This document shows, in pieces, positions 8,581-16,265 of a DNA stretch of 38,552 nt. Positions within the stretch are counted from its first letter, which is position 1, and every line of letters starts with the position of its first letter. Source of the stretch: Bacteroidota bacterium (GTDB lineage: Bacteria; Bacteroidota; Bacteroidia; UKL13-3); NCBI GenBank assembly GCA_004293295.1, contig RDYC01000186.1:1-38552 (forward strand). The letters run 5' to 3'. The notes beneath the pieces are model-generated. The model ran no database searches and was not told where the DNA came from. It saw only the letters and a program-made list of their open reading frames with translations. The translations under genes were made by a program, and so were the position numbers.

Positions 8581-9422
8581 TATAAATTTATTATAGCCTG
8601 TTTTACATCTTCCATTTGCCATTGCGGGGTTGAAGTTGCACCGCAAATGCCTATGGAGTCTCCCTCATTAAACCAAGATTTATCCAATTCTGTTTTATTG
8701 CTCACAAAAAAAGTGTGTTCATTAACCTCCTTGCACACATCATGCAGCACTTTACCATTTGAAGATTTTTTGCCAGCAACAAAAACAATCTTGTCATATT
8801 TGGCTGCAAATTTACGGAGTTCCCCATCTCTGTTACTCACCTGCCTGCATAAGGTGTCGTTAAAATCAACCTCCACACCTTTTGACTCTAATAATCCTTT
8901 TAAAGCGTATAAGTTTTTGGTGCTTTTGGTAGTTTGGCTAAATAGTTGAACTTTTTCAGGAAGTTGATATTGGTCCAATTCATCAAATTTTTCAATAACA
9001 ATGGCCTCTCCATTTGTTTGTCCCTTTAATCCATCAACTTCTGCATGCCCATGTTTACCGTAAATAATGATAGGTTCCTGATCATTATAAGCCTCGCGTA
9101 CCCTGTTTTGCAATTTTAGCACCACGGGACAACTGGCATCAACAAGCTCAATATTATTATCTAGGGCCAATTTATAAGTCTCAGGGGGTTCACCGTGTGC
9201 CCTTATTAAAACGCGCTCATTGGTTAGCGTTTTTAACCTATCGTGGTCAATAATCTCTAATCCCTTTTTGCGCAAGCGTTCCACTTCTTCATCATTGTGT
9301 ACAATATCGCCTAAGCAGAACAAATGCCCTGTTTCGTCCAATATTTCCTCAGCCATATGGATGGCGTAAACCACACCAAAACAAAATCCGGAGTTATTAT
9401 CTATTTCAACTTGAACATTCAT
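8580..9422 (-). CDS. ispH: 4-hydroxy-3-methylbut-2-enyl diphosphate reductase
   Basis: IspH/LytB motifs GFCFGVVYAI, IVHNDEEVERL, DASCPVVLK, SSNG. ATG at 9422-9420 is preferred, because the track's TTG start at 9434 sits inside a TAATTTTG -7 box. The stop overlaps the gpx ATG (TAATG). Confidence 0.9.
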   Translation of the reverse strand: MNVQVEIDNNSGFCFGVVYAIHMAEEILDETGHLFCLGDIVHNDEEVERLRKKGLEIIDHDRLKTLTNERVLIRAHGEPPETYKLALDNNIELVDASCPVVLKLQNRVREAYNDQEPIIIYGKHGHAEVDGLKGQTNGEAIVIEKFDELDQYQLPEKVQLFSQTTKSTKNLYALKGLLESKGVEVDFNDTLCRQVSNRDGELRKFAAKYDKIVFVAGKKSSNGKVLHDVCKEVNEHTFFVSNKTELDKSWFNEGDSIGICGATSTPQWQMEDVKQAIINL

Positions 9423-9431
9423 ATTATCGCA

Positions 9432-9439
9432 CAAAATTA
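9432..9439 (-). promoter_or_regulatory. Bacteroidota -7 promoter box (TAATTTTG) for ispH
   Basis: Exact match to TAnnTTTG on the minus strand, with 9 nt between the final G and the ispH ATG. Confidence 0.45.
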
Positions 9440-9452
9440 ACCAATTAAACCA

Positions 9453-9460
9453 TAATTTTG
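9453..9460 (+). promoter_or_regulatory. Bacteroidota -7 promoter box (TAATTTTG) for the 9510 gene
   Basis: Exact match to TAnnTTTG on the plus strand, ending 49 nt before the ATG at 9510. Divergent from the ispH box. Confidence 0.4.
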
Positions 9461-9509
9461 TTTTGAAGTAAAACGAATTAGGTAAATTGGTGTTACTACT
9501 CTATACTAT

Positions 9510-9953
9510 ATGAGTGAAGAAATCAAAGAGTTTGAGAGTTATTCAGGTCCTGCGTCACTTTCGCCCATTCCATTAACTGTTGGTTCTGTGCCTATTAAGG
9601 CTGAGGATAAGGGTAAAATTAAAGCAAATGCGGTTCAAGCCATGCACCACTACGCTCAACAAGAGATGGACATGCTTAAGAAGCAGGCCGATTTAATAAT
9701 GCAACAGGTGCGAGAAATAGAAGACCGGTTAAAAATATCAGAGCAAATATATCAGTCAGATATTCGGTTTACCCCGGTGGTTAATCAAGTTTACCACCTG
9801 TATAAAAAAGAAGATTATTTTACCTTGTCGTTAATTGGCCCAGGTGAATGGGGCAGGAAAGCAAAACCTTTGGAGTATGTAGCCAGTGTGCGGCTTTTGG
9901 GCGACCATAGTTGGCAGGTACTGCAAAAAAACAACCAAGGCACTACTACCTGA
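9510..9953 (+). CDS. conserved-looking hypothetical protein (coiled-coil centre)
   Basis: 147-aa ORF with a clean ATG downstream of a -7 box. Heptad-like segment QQEMDMLKKQADLIMQQVREIEDRLKISEQIY. No motif I can name. Confidence 0.6.
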   Translation: MSEEIKEFESYSGPASLSPIPLTVGSVPIKAEDKGKIKANAVQAMHHYAQQEMDMLKKQADLIMQQVREIEDRLKISEQIYQSDIRFTPVVNQVYHLYKKEDYFTLSLIGPGEWGRKAKPLEYVASVRLLGDHSWQVLQKNNQGTTT

Positions 9954-12900
9954 TAACAGTAACCGTTCCATGGTCGTTTATGGAAGGTCCATTTTTTTTC
10001 TTAATATTCATGATGTAATAATAAACCCCATCAGGAATATCTATACCTGCTTGACTTTTTCCATTCCAACAATGGGTGCCATCTGTATTTTCATAAACCA
10101 CATTTCCCCAACGGTTAAATATTTTGATATAATACTCATCGCATTTGGGATTAACACCCGTTACTTGAAAACAATCATTTAACCCATCATCATTTGGGGT
10201 AAACACATTGGGTATTTTAATTTCTTGTGCACTGTCTCCATCAATAAAATATAGTTGTTCCAATGTATCGGCACAATAGGAGCCTGGATTGTATAAGAGC
10301 GTTACTTTGTAATACCCACTCTTGTCGTAGGTGTGCATTGGGCTTTGTTGTTTGCTACTATCACCATCGCCAAAAAACCAAACAAATGGCACCCCATTAC
10401 TTGCACTTTTATTCTCAAACACCACATTAAGTGAACAACTGTCGCGTTTCATCACGAAATCAGCATTTGCAAAAAGGTCAACATTAAAAAATTGTCTAGC
10501 GGTATCAATTATAGCACAGGTGTTGCTATCAACGGTTATTAACATTAACTCATAATCACCGGCAAGTGTTATGGTATCTTTGTAATCTTTGGTTTGTTTT
10601 TTTTGTACATTGTTTAAATACCAATAAAACTGTTTACCGTTTTGGCTGGTGTTTGTTGCCTGCACATAAGCAGGGGTGCACAATTGGCTATCTTGCAAAT
10701 TAAATGAAGCATTCAATAAATGCTCATCTTTAATGAACCTAATGGTGGTTCTGGCAGTATCTGCACAAGGTGTATTTGAATTTGTAATTAAGGTAATTTG
10801 GTAGTTGCCGGAATCTGTATACGCATGAACAGGATTTTCAAGCAAGCTGCTATCTCCATCTCCAAAGTACCAAACATAAGTTGGGGGAATTTGACTATTG
10901 CTGGAGCTAAGGTTTTTAATCAAAACATTATTAGAGCAAGAGTCTTTTTTGGTAATGAATTCAGCATTGGCGGATGAGTAACTTGGTATGGTTACAGCAT
11001 AAGTATCAGCCTTTAGGCAGGTGATGTTACTTTTAGCAATTAGGCTTATTTTAACAACACCTGCTTCAACAATGGTATCGGTAAAATTAAGGCTGCTATC
11101 TTTTATTACATCATCAATGAGCCAATAATATGTTTGTCCTTGCTGACTTTGGTTTTTTGCCGTGAAAATAACCGGTTCGCAGAAATAGGTGTCGCTAACA
11201 TCAAAAAAGGCATTTAAAATCCGATCACCGGGTTTTAGGGTAACCGGCTTTTCAAAAAATTGGCTGCAAGGAAACCCTAAATTTGCGGTAAGCTTTACAA
11301 CATATGTGCCTGTGTCATCATATTGATGTGTCGGGTTAACTGCAGTTGAAGAACTACCATCACCGAAATCCCATAAATAGTTGGCCGTGTCTCCGGGAAG
11401 AATGATGGAATTATTGGTAAAGGACATGTTTAAACTACAGGTGTCCTGAATAAATGTAAAATCAGTATAAGTTTCCGGAAAAACATAAAAAGTGCGTTCT
11501 ACAGAGTCTCTTTTTATACAGGTATTGGTATCGGTTACTACCAATTTAACATGATAAGTTCCTTTTTGTGCGATGCTATCAAAGCCGGAAGCTTCTGTAT
11601 TAACCAACACGTTATTAAAGTACCAAAAAAAATGTTGGCCATTGGTTCCATTATTTCTAAGCTGTAAAAGATAGGGTTCGCACTGTAATGAATCTGATGG
11701 AGTAAAACTTGCACGTAGTTTAAAACCACTTGTGTCATAAATTATGGTAGTTTCAGCGGTATCAGCACATTGGCTTAACTCACCGGTAATGAGCTGAACT
11801 TTATAAGAGCCGTTAAGTTGATATGAATAAGTAGGGTTGGTATCCTTACTGGTATTGCCGTCACCAAAATACCAGGTAAACGGCACAGGTTGGTTATTAA
11901 TGGAAGTGCTTTTATTGGTAAACTTAAGGATTGAGCTGCACGTATCTCTGGTTACAGTAAATTGGGCATTTGAACTTGGGAAAATAGAAAAAGTTTTAAC
12001 GATAGAGTCAATGGGATTACATTTTCCGTTATCTAAAACAACCAATTTCACTTTGTTTTTCCCTACCAGTTTAAATGTATCGGTTAAGTGATAGCTGCTA
12101 TCACGCAATACATCATTGATGTACCAATAAAATTTTTGCCCGTTGTAAGAAGTATTTTCAAAAAAAATCACCGAGTCGGTGCAGCCATTGCGCGGCTTAA
12201 TATTAAAGTTGGCTGTTAAAATATCGCCCTGCCTAAAATCAATTTTTGCACCGGCATTGCTGCAACGTGGGCTTTTATTTTTTGGCGAAAAACTTCCTGC
12301 TGTGGTAGGAAAAGTTCCTGCCGGCCCCTTATCACAACTTGCACAAACAGATTGGTAAATGATCCCTCTTTTATCAAATCTACTGGTTCCCCCATCAACA
12401 TGGTCATTTCCTCCATTTTCGCCAAAATAAGAGGCATATTGCAATTGTGTAGCCGATTGGTTTAATGAGAATATCCAAAAATCACTGCCATCACTGCCTG
12501 CTATTAATTGTGTGCCAACAGTTGGAAGAGACAATGTGCTTGACGAAAATGTTCGGTATACCCCCGTTAGCCTATTCCTGTCCAATTCCGCATACCTGGA
12601 TTGAAAATTGACATTTCCGCCCCAAAGAGACCCATAAATACTACCGCATACATCAACCATAAAGGCACTTGGTGATAAGGCATTTACTTTTGTTCCATTA
12701 CCCAAGTGTGTTGAAAAAATAATATTGCTTAGGGTTGGTGTAAACTTGGTTACAAAAATGGATCCGTCATTATTAGCATAAACCCCGTTTGTAACACCTA
12801 CACTATCAAATCCTTGTCCCATTACTACCACATTTTGTTGCGGGTCGAGTTTTACAAAATAAACTTGGTCGTAAGCCGGACTTCCCCAATACCTTATTCC

Positions 12901-14511
12901 AAGCATGTTTGTTAAAGTTGGATTAAATCTAGCAATCAGGCCTTCGGCAAAACCTCCCTTGTAATTGGCCCATTCAAAGCCCACTGTTGGCGAAAAAGTA
13001 GTGCTTTGAGTGCCACCAACCACAACGAAGTTTCCGCTATTGTCAATATCTAACGAATAAAGGGCATCATGCTTATTTTGTCCCAAATAAGTGTAGCCTT
13101 TTACTCTTTTCAAAGCACTGTCCAACAACACAATCAAGCCATCTTGCATGTCGTTTTTATTTGGTTGGAAGGAAGGTATACCTGAGAATAAACCATTAGA
13201 AGATGTTGATGATACCACCACAATGTCACCTGAGGGAGTTATTTGCACCTCTCCACGGAACTCATCAGCATAATTCATTCTTAAGCTATCAGCTGCATTT
13301 ATTCCATCAATTCCGCTGCCGCCAATATAAGTTGAACCAACAAGCGCACTTCCATCTGCATTAAAACGAGTAATAACAAGGTCAAAAGTATCAGATCGGG
13401 TTCTGTCATAAGCGCTATCAGTTGTGGGGTAATTTAAAGAGAGCGCAGCTCCTAAAACAATTAATTGTTCCTTATCATCAACAACCACACTTATCGGGTA
13501 ATCATTGGCCGCACCGCCCAAGTATGTTGCATATAACAGCGCACTTCCATCATTATTATATTTGCTAATGGCTATGTCGCACGGAAAAGAAGAGGTGCCT
13601 CCTGCCCATGTGGTTTGAAAAGCACCTTGTGTAACCGGGTAGCCATTAAATCCGGGGTTTCTGACAATACCGGCAGTGTATAAATTACCACTATTGTCAT
13701 AAGTGGCTGAGTGTCCAAAATTATCTGTGCCACTTCCACTGTAAGTGCTAAACACCAACAAGGGGTCAATAATGAGCTCTTTGCTTGTATCATATTTCCC
13801 TAGTTTAAAAGAGACAACATCGCCAGTAATAACAAAACTGCAAACTACCTGTTTAATTTTACCACCAACAAGTTGATAAGCGTAGGGTTTACTTTCGATC
13901 CAGTTATTAATTGAGGTATTAAAAACAAGTTGCCCTTTGTTTAATTTTAGAGCATTTAGTCCCGAGTATTTCATTTTAATGCTCAAAGGATCAGCTCCCG
14001 GAGCCACATAAAACTCATATTTTAAGTTATGATTGGCGGTGTTTCCCGGTAATTTCATGTCAATTCCAGGATACAATTGCTTGTAAATGAGCTCCTCATA
14101 AACAGGAACATGACTTTTCCAGTGTTTTGGGTTATTGCCTACAAAATAGTTTAAGTAATGTTTAAAGGCAAAATTTCCCGATATTTTAGCTGCTTTATTG
14201 GCAGTTAAAAAGTCCATTCTCACTGCATGCCTATTAATTGTAGCAGATTTTAACAAATGCGGGTTCAACGTATGGTTAAAAAAGTCATCAACTTGCTTGG
14301 CATCCTCAAAAAAGTACTGAATAGCATTGGTTTCAAAAAATATTTGTGCATTTTTGAGAGGGAACAGATATTGTGAAGGGTTGTCCCATTGCCCAATATT
14401 TTGTATAAATCCTGATTTTGGCTCACGAGCATCGTTTTCATGGGCGTAGAGTGCAATTCCTTTAAGAGATACTGAACAGATGCAAAAAAATAAAGCTAGC
14501 CTAGTAATCAA
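9946..14511 (-). CDS. giant T9SS type-B cargo: signal peptide, beta-propeller-like repeat region, eight PKD-like domains, gliding-motility C-terminal domain
   Basis: 1521 aa with a TTG start (no in-frame ATG in the signal peptide ITRLALFFCICSVSLKGIALYA). Repeated G-rich propeller-like blades (YLGG/YIGGSG). PKD signatures (WYFGDGNTS..NPTYSY, WDFGDGSSS..NPTHQY, WYFGDGDSS..NPVHAY, WFFGDGDSS..SPMHTY). C-terminus IPNVFTPNDDGLNDCF...FNRWGNVVYE...WNGK...GVYYY. Confidence 0.9.
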   Translation of the reverse strand: MITRLALFFCICSVSLKGIALYAHENDAREPKSGFIQNIGQWDNPSQYLFPLKNAQIFFETNAIQYFFEDAKQVDDFFNHTLNPHLLKSATINRHAVRMDFLTANKAAKISGNFAFKHYLNYFVGNNPKHWKSHVPVYEELIYKQLYPGIDMKLPGNTANHNLKYEFYVAPGADPLSIKMKYSGLNALKLNKGQLVFNTSINNWIESKPYAYQLVGGKIKQVVCSFVITGDVVSFKLGKYDTSKELIIDPLLVFSTYSGSGTDNFGHSATYDNSGNLYTAGIVRNPGFNGYPVTQGAFQTTWAGGTSSFPCDIAISKYNNDGSALLYATYLGGAANDYPISVVVDDKEQLIVLGAALSLNYPTTDSAYDRTRSDTFDLVITRFNADGSALVGSTYIGGSGIDGINAADSLRMNYADEFRGEVQITPSGDIVVVSSTSSNGLFSGIPSFQPNKNDMQDGLIVLLDSALKRVKGYTYLGQNKHDALYSLDIDNSGNFVVVGGTQSTTFSPTVGFEWANYKGGFAEGLIARFNPTLTNMLGIRYWGSPAYDQVYFVKLDPQQNVVVMGQGFDSVGVTNGVYANNDGSIFVTKFTPTLSNIIFSTHLGNGTKVNALSPSAFMVDVCGSIYGSLWGGNVNFQSRYAELDRNRLTGVYRTFSSSTLSLPTVGTQLIAGSDGSDFWIFSLNQSATQLQYASYFGENGGNDHVDGGTSRFDKRGIIYQSVCASCDKGPAGTFPTTAGSFSPKNKSPRCSNAGAKIDFRQGDILTANFNIKPRNGCTDSVIFFENTSYNGQKFYWYINDVLRDSSYHLTDTFKLVGKNKVKLVVLDNGKCNPIDSIVKTFSIFPSSNAQFTVTRDTCSSILKFTNKSTSINNQPVPFTWYFGDGNTSKDTNPTYSYQLNGSYKVQLITGELSQCADTAETTIIYDTSGFKLRASFTPSDSLQCEPYLLQLRNNGTNGQHFFWYFNNVLVNTEASGFDSIAQKGTYHVKLVVTDTNTCIKRDSVERTFYVFPETYTDFTFIQDTCSLNMSFTNNSIILPGDTANYLWDFGDGSSSTAVNPTHQYDDTGTYVVKLTANLGFPCSQFFEKPVTLKPGDRILNAFFDVSDTYFCEPVIFTAKNQSQQGQTYYWLIDDVIKDSSLNFTDTIVEAGVVKISLIAKSNITCLKADTYAVTIPSYSSANAEFITKKDSCSNNVLIKNLSSSNSQIPPTYVWYFGDGDSSLLENPVHAYTDSGNYQITLITNSNTPCADTARTTIRFIKDEHLLNASFNLQDSQLCTPAYVQATNTSQNGKQFYWYLNNVQKKQTKDYKDTITLAGDYELMLITVDSNTCAIIDTARQFFNVDLFANADFVMKRDSCSLNVVFENKSASNGVPFVWFFGDGDSSKQQSPMHTYDKSGYYKVTLLYNPGSYCADTLEQLYFIDGDSAQEIKIPNVFTPNDDGLNDCFQVTGVNPKCDEYYIKIFNRWGNVVYENTDGTHCWNGKSQAGIDIPDGVYYYIMNIKKKNGPSINDHGTVTVIR
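9949..10221 (-). other. coding segment for the T9SS type-B (CHU_C / gliding-motility-associated) C-terminal domain
   Basis: Residues about 1431-1521: IKIPNVFTPNDDGLNDCFQV...IFNRWGNVVYENTDGTHCWNGK...DGVYYYIMNI...GTVTVIR. Confidence 0.8.
10240..12216 (-). repeat. four tandem copies of an approximately 167-aa two-domain (PKD-like + PKD) module, conserved at protein level
   Basis: Module starts near residues 766, 933, 1100 and 1267 (TANFNIKP / RASFTPSD / NAFFDVSD / NASFNLQD). Each has a F/YYW(Y/L)(I/F/L)N(D/N)V half followed by a (W)(Y/D/F)FGDG half. DNA identity between copies is low. Confidence 0.75.
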
Positions 14512-14655
14512 ATTCTAGATTTTTAAGTTTAAATCAGTGCTAAATTAAGCAGTAAATTCAAGAAAATTACCTATTAAAGAAAACTTTAACAAAAAGACGA
14601 CTGGTTTGCAACCTTGCACCACTAGTTTTCATCTAAACAACAACCGATATTAAAA

Positions 14656-15210
14656 GTGAACAAAAGAAACGAGCATGAATTAATAAAGAGATGTGCACAG
14701 GGAGATCGGGCAGCGCAAAAAACACTTTATGAACAGTATGCCAGAATGATGTTTGGGGTTTGCTTAAGGTATTGTATTGACAATGAGGAGGCTAAAGATA
14801 TTTTGCAGGATGGTTTTGTAAAGGTATTTAGCAAAATAGGTCAATTTGCATTTGCAGGTTCTTTTGAGGGTTGGATGAAAAGAATTTTTGTTAACACGGC
14901 ATTGGAATATTACCGTATCAACAAAGTGCACATGTATCACAGTGATGTAGAGTCAGCCATGCATATTGATTATGAGGATTATACTGTTGAAAAAATTGGT
15001 CAAAAGGAGATATTGAAGATTATGAATACGCTGGCACCGGGTTATAGGATGGTACTAAACCTGTTTATTGTTGAAGGTTACGGACATGCTGAGATCGCAG
15101 AAATGCTTGGAATCACTGAAGGCACATCAAAATCACAACTTAGCAGGGCTAGGGTATTGTTGCAGGAGGAGTTAAAAAAAGTAATGAAGTACAAACAAGT
15201 AAATGAATAA
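14656..15210 (+). CDS. ECF-type RNA polymerase sigma-70 family factor
   Basis: 184 aa with GTG start. Region-2-like DILQDGFVKVFSKIGQF...WMKRIFVNTALEYYR. Region-4 HTH PGYRMVLNLFIVEGYGHAEIAEMLGITEGTSKSQLSRARVLLQEEL. Confidence 0.9.
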   Translation: MNKRNEHELIKRCAQGDRAAQKTLYEQYARMMFGVCLRYCIDNEEAKDILQDGFVKVFSKIGQFAFAGSFEGWMKRIFVNTALEYYRINKVHMYHSDVESAMHIDYEDYTVEKIGQKEILKIMNTLAPGYRMVLNLFIVEGYGHAEIAEMLGITEGTSKSQLSRARVLLQEELKKVMKYKQVNE

Positions 15211-16147
15211 CAAGATAAATATAGACGAATTGCTAAAGCAAGAATTGTCCAATATGGAGGCAGATGTACCTGCTGATGTTTGGGAACATATTCATGAAAC
15301 TTTAGATAACTCAGCAACTTTGCAGAGCAACTCTTCAGAGTTCTTGGCAAATGCAACCGGAGCAAAAGCATTTGTTGGTGTTAAAACGCTGTTGGCTACT
15401 ATATCAGTGGTTGCAGTTTCTGCGCTTGCGGTTTACCAATTTGCTTTTAAACAAGACAAAATGGAGCCTGTTAAAGCGGAATACAATACCTCCCAGGGAG
15501 CTACATATGCTGCTGATAATAAGGAAGAAAGTGAAATTCAGGCTCTTGCTAATCCGACTAAAATACCAAGTAACAGCAGCGAAAATAAGCCAACTCAAGA
15601 TTTCAGCCATTCAAAACAACAGAAACACAACCGGCATAATCAGGAAGAAACAATAAACAAACCAGCTTTTGTTGGCAGTGAAATGGGTGAAAGTGGTTTA
15701 GTAAAAAGCGAAGTTCCACCCCCAATAAAAGCAAGTGCACCTGTTAAAAGTAATGCAAATGATGCTAAACAAACTTCACATGAGCCTACACAAGGAGAAC
15801 CTAGAAGGGATAATAATGACATAAATCCCAAATACTTGCAGGATAATTTGGATCATGAAAATTACAACCACCCTATCATTCCTAATGTTTTTACCCCCAA
15901 TGGCGATGGGGTGAATGATGAGTTTGTAATAACTATTGAACATGAATCTATTTATGATTTGAAAATAACCAACCTAAAGGGGGAGGTTTTGTTTGAGAGT
16001 GTAGATAAAAATAAACATTGGGACGGCAAGCATCAATATTCAGGTAATTTATGTGAGCCCGGTGTTTATGTTTTGGCTTTCAGGTATCAAGTAGAAGGAA
16101 TGAAAGAAGCGAAAGTTGTGAATTCCAAAATAATCATTAAGCACTAA
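15203..16147 (+). CDS. single-pass membrane protein, putative anti-sigma factor, ending in a T9SS type-B C-terminal domain
   Basis: Overlaps the sigma stop by 8 nt (ATGAATAA). About 55-aa N-terminal soluble part with no signal peptide, then one hydrophobic span TLLATISVVAVSALAVYQFAF (nt 15386-15448). An S/N/K/P/Q/E-rich linker follows. C-terminus IIPNVFTPNGDGVNDEFVI...HWDGK...GVYVLAFRY. Confidence 0.8.
   Translation: MNNKINIDELLKQELSNMEADVPADVWEHIHETLDNSATLQSNSSEFLANATGAKAFVGVKTLLATISVVAVSALAVYQFAFKQDKMEPVKAEYNTSQGATYAADNKEESEIQALANPTKIPSNSSENKPTQDFSHSKQQKHNRHNQEETINKPAFVGSEMGESGLVKSEVPPPIKASAPVKSNANDAKQTSHEPTQGEPRRDNNDINPKYLQDNLDHENYNHPIIPNVFTPNGDGVNDEFVITIEHESIYDLKITNLKGEVLFESVDKNKHWDGKHQYSGNLCEPGVYVLAFRYQVEGMKEAKVVNSKIIIKH
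15875..16144 (+). other. coding segment for a T9SS type-B-like C-terminal domain inside the anti-sigma-like gene
   Basis: 90 residues share NVFTPN.DG.ND.F, YDL.I.N, FES.D..K.W.GK.Q and C..G.Y with the CTDs at 9949-10221 and 21321-21608. Confidence 0.8.
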
Positions 16148-16230
16148 TTTGTAAAATTTAAATTAAAAGCATATGTTAGCCAATTATTATCAAGATGTAA
16201 GTAGCAAATATTCGGTAAGAATATATACGA

Positions 16231-16241
16231 AAAATTTGCAA
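16231..16241 (+). promoter_or_regulatory. possible -7-like promoter element (AAAATTTGCAA) for the giant plus-strand gene
   Basis: TTTGCAA motif with 27 nt between its G and the ATG at 16266. The same TTTGCAA string precedes the sigma gene (14605-14611), ndh (28492-28498) and the SulP gene (35793-35799, minus strand). Not an exact TAnnTTTG. Confidence 0.3.
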
Positions 16242-16265
16242 CAAGGACTTAAACAAACAGGAACA

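Noticed and set aside
8581-8646. 22-codon N-terminal extension of the glutathione peroxidase ORF
   Set aside because: It overlaps the 3' end of ispH. The internal Met gives the normal hydrophobic N-terminus MKKTILGFG and a TAATG coupling with ispH.
10597-10604. T8 homopolymer (A8 in the coding sense) inside the 1521-aa gene, and the A7 at 14484-14490 in its signal-peptide region, as phase-variation tracts
   Set aside because: Tracts of 7-8 nt are common in a genome of this AT content and are shorter than typical contingency-locus repeats. No evidence of frame disruption.
10240-12216. Internal repeats of the giant gene as DNA-level tandem repeats, a recombination hotspot or a mobile element
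   Set aside because: Similarity is at the protein-motif level only. I see no long identical nucleotide runs between the modules.
14520-14534. Shared ATTTAAA(C)TTAAAA string upstream of both giant genes (14520-14534 on the minus strand; 16156-16168 on the plus strand) as a candidate ECF promoter
   Set aside because: It is a pure A/T low-complexity string, so chance recurrence in AT-rich spacers is likely. Its position relative to the preferred start codons differs (about 8 nt versus about 97 nt).
16173-16265. 31-codon N-terminal extension of the giant plus-strand cargo gene (track start 16173)
   Set aside because: The extension (MLANYYQDVSSKYSVRIYTKNLQQGLKQTGT) precedes a textbook signal peptide that begins at the ATG at 16266. 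A TTTGCAA promoter-like motif (16235-16241) also lies inside it.
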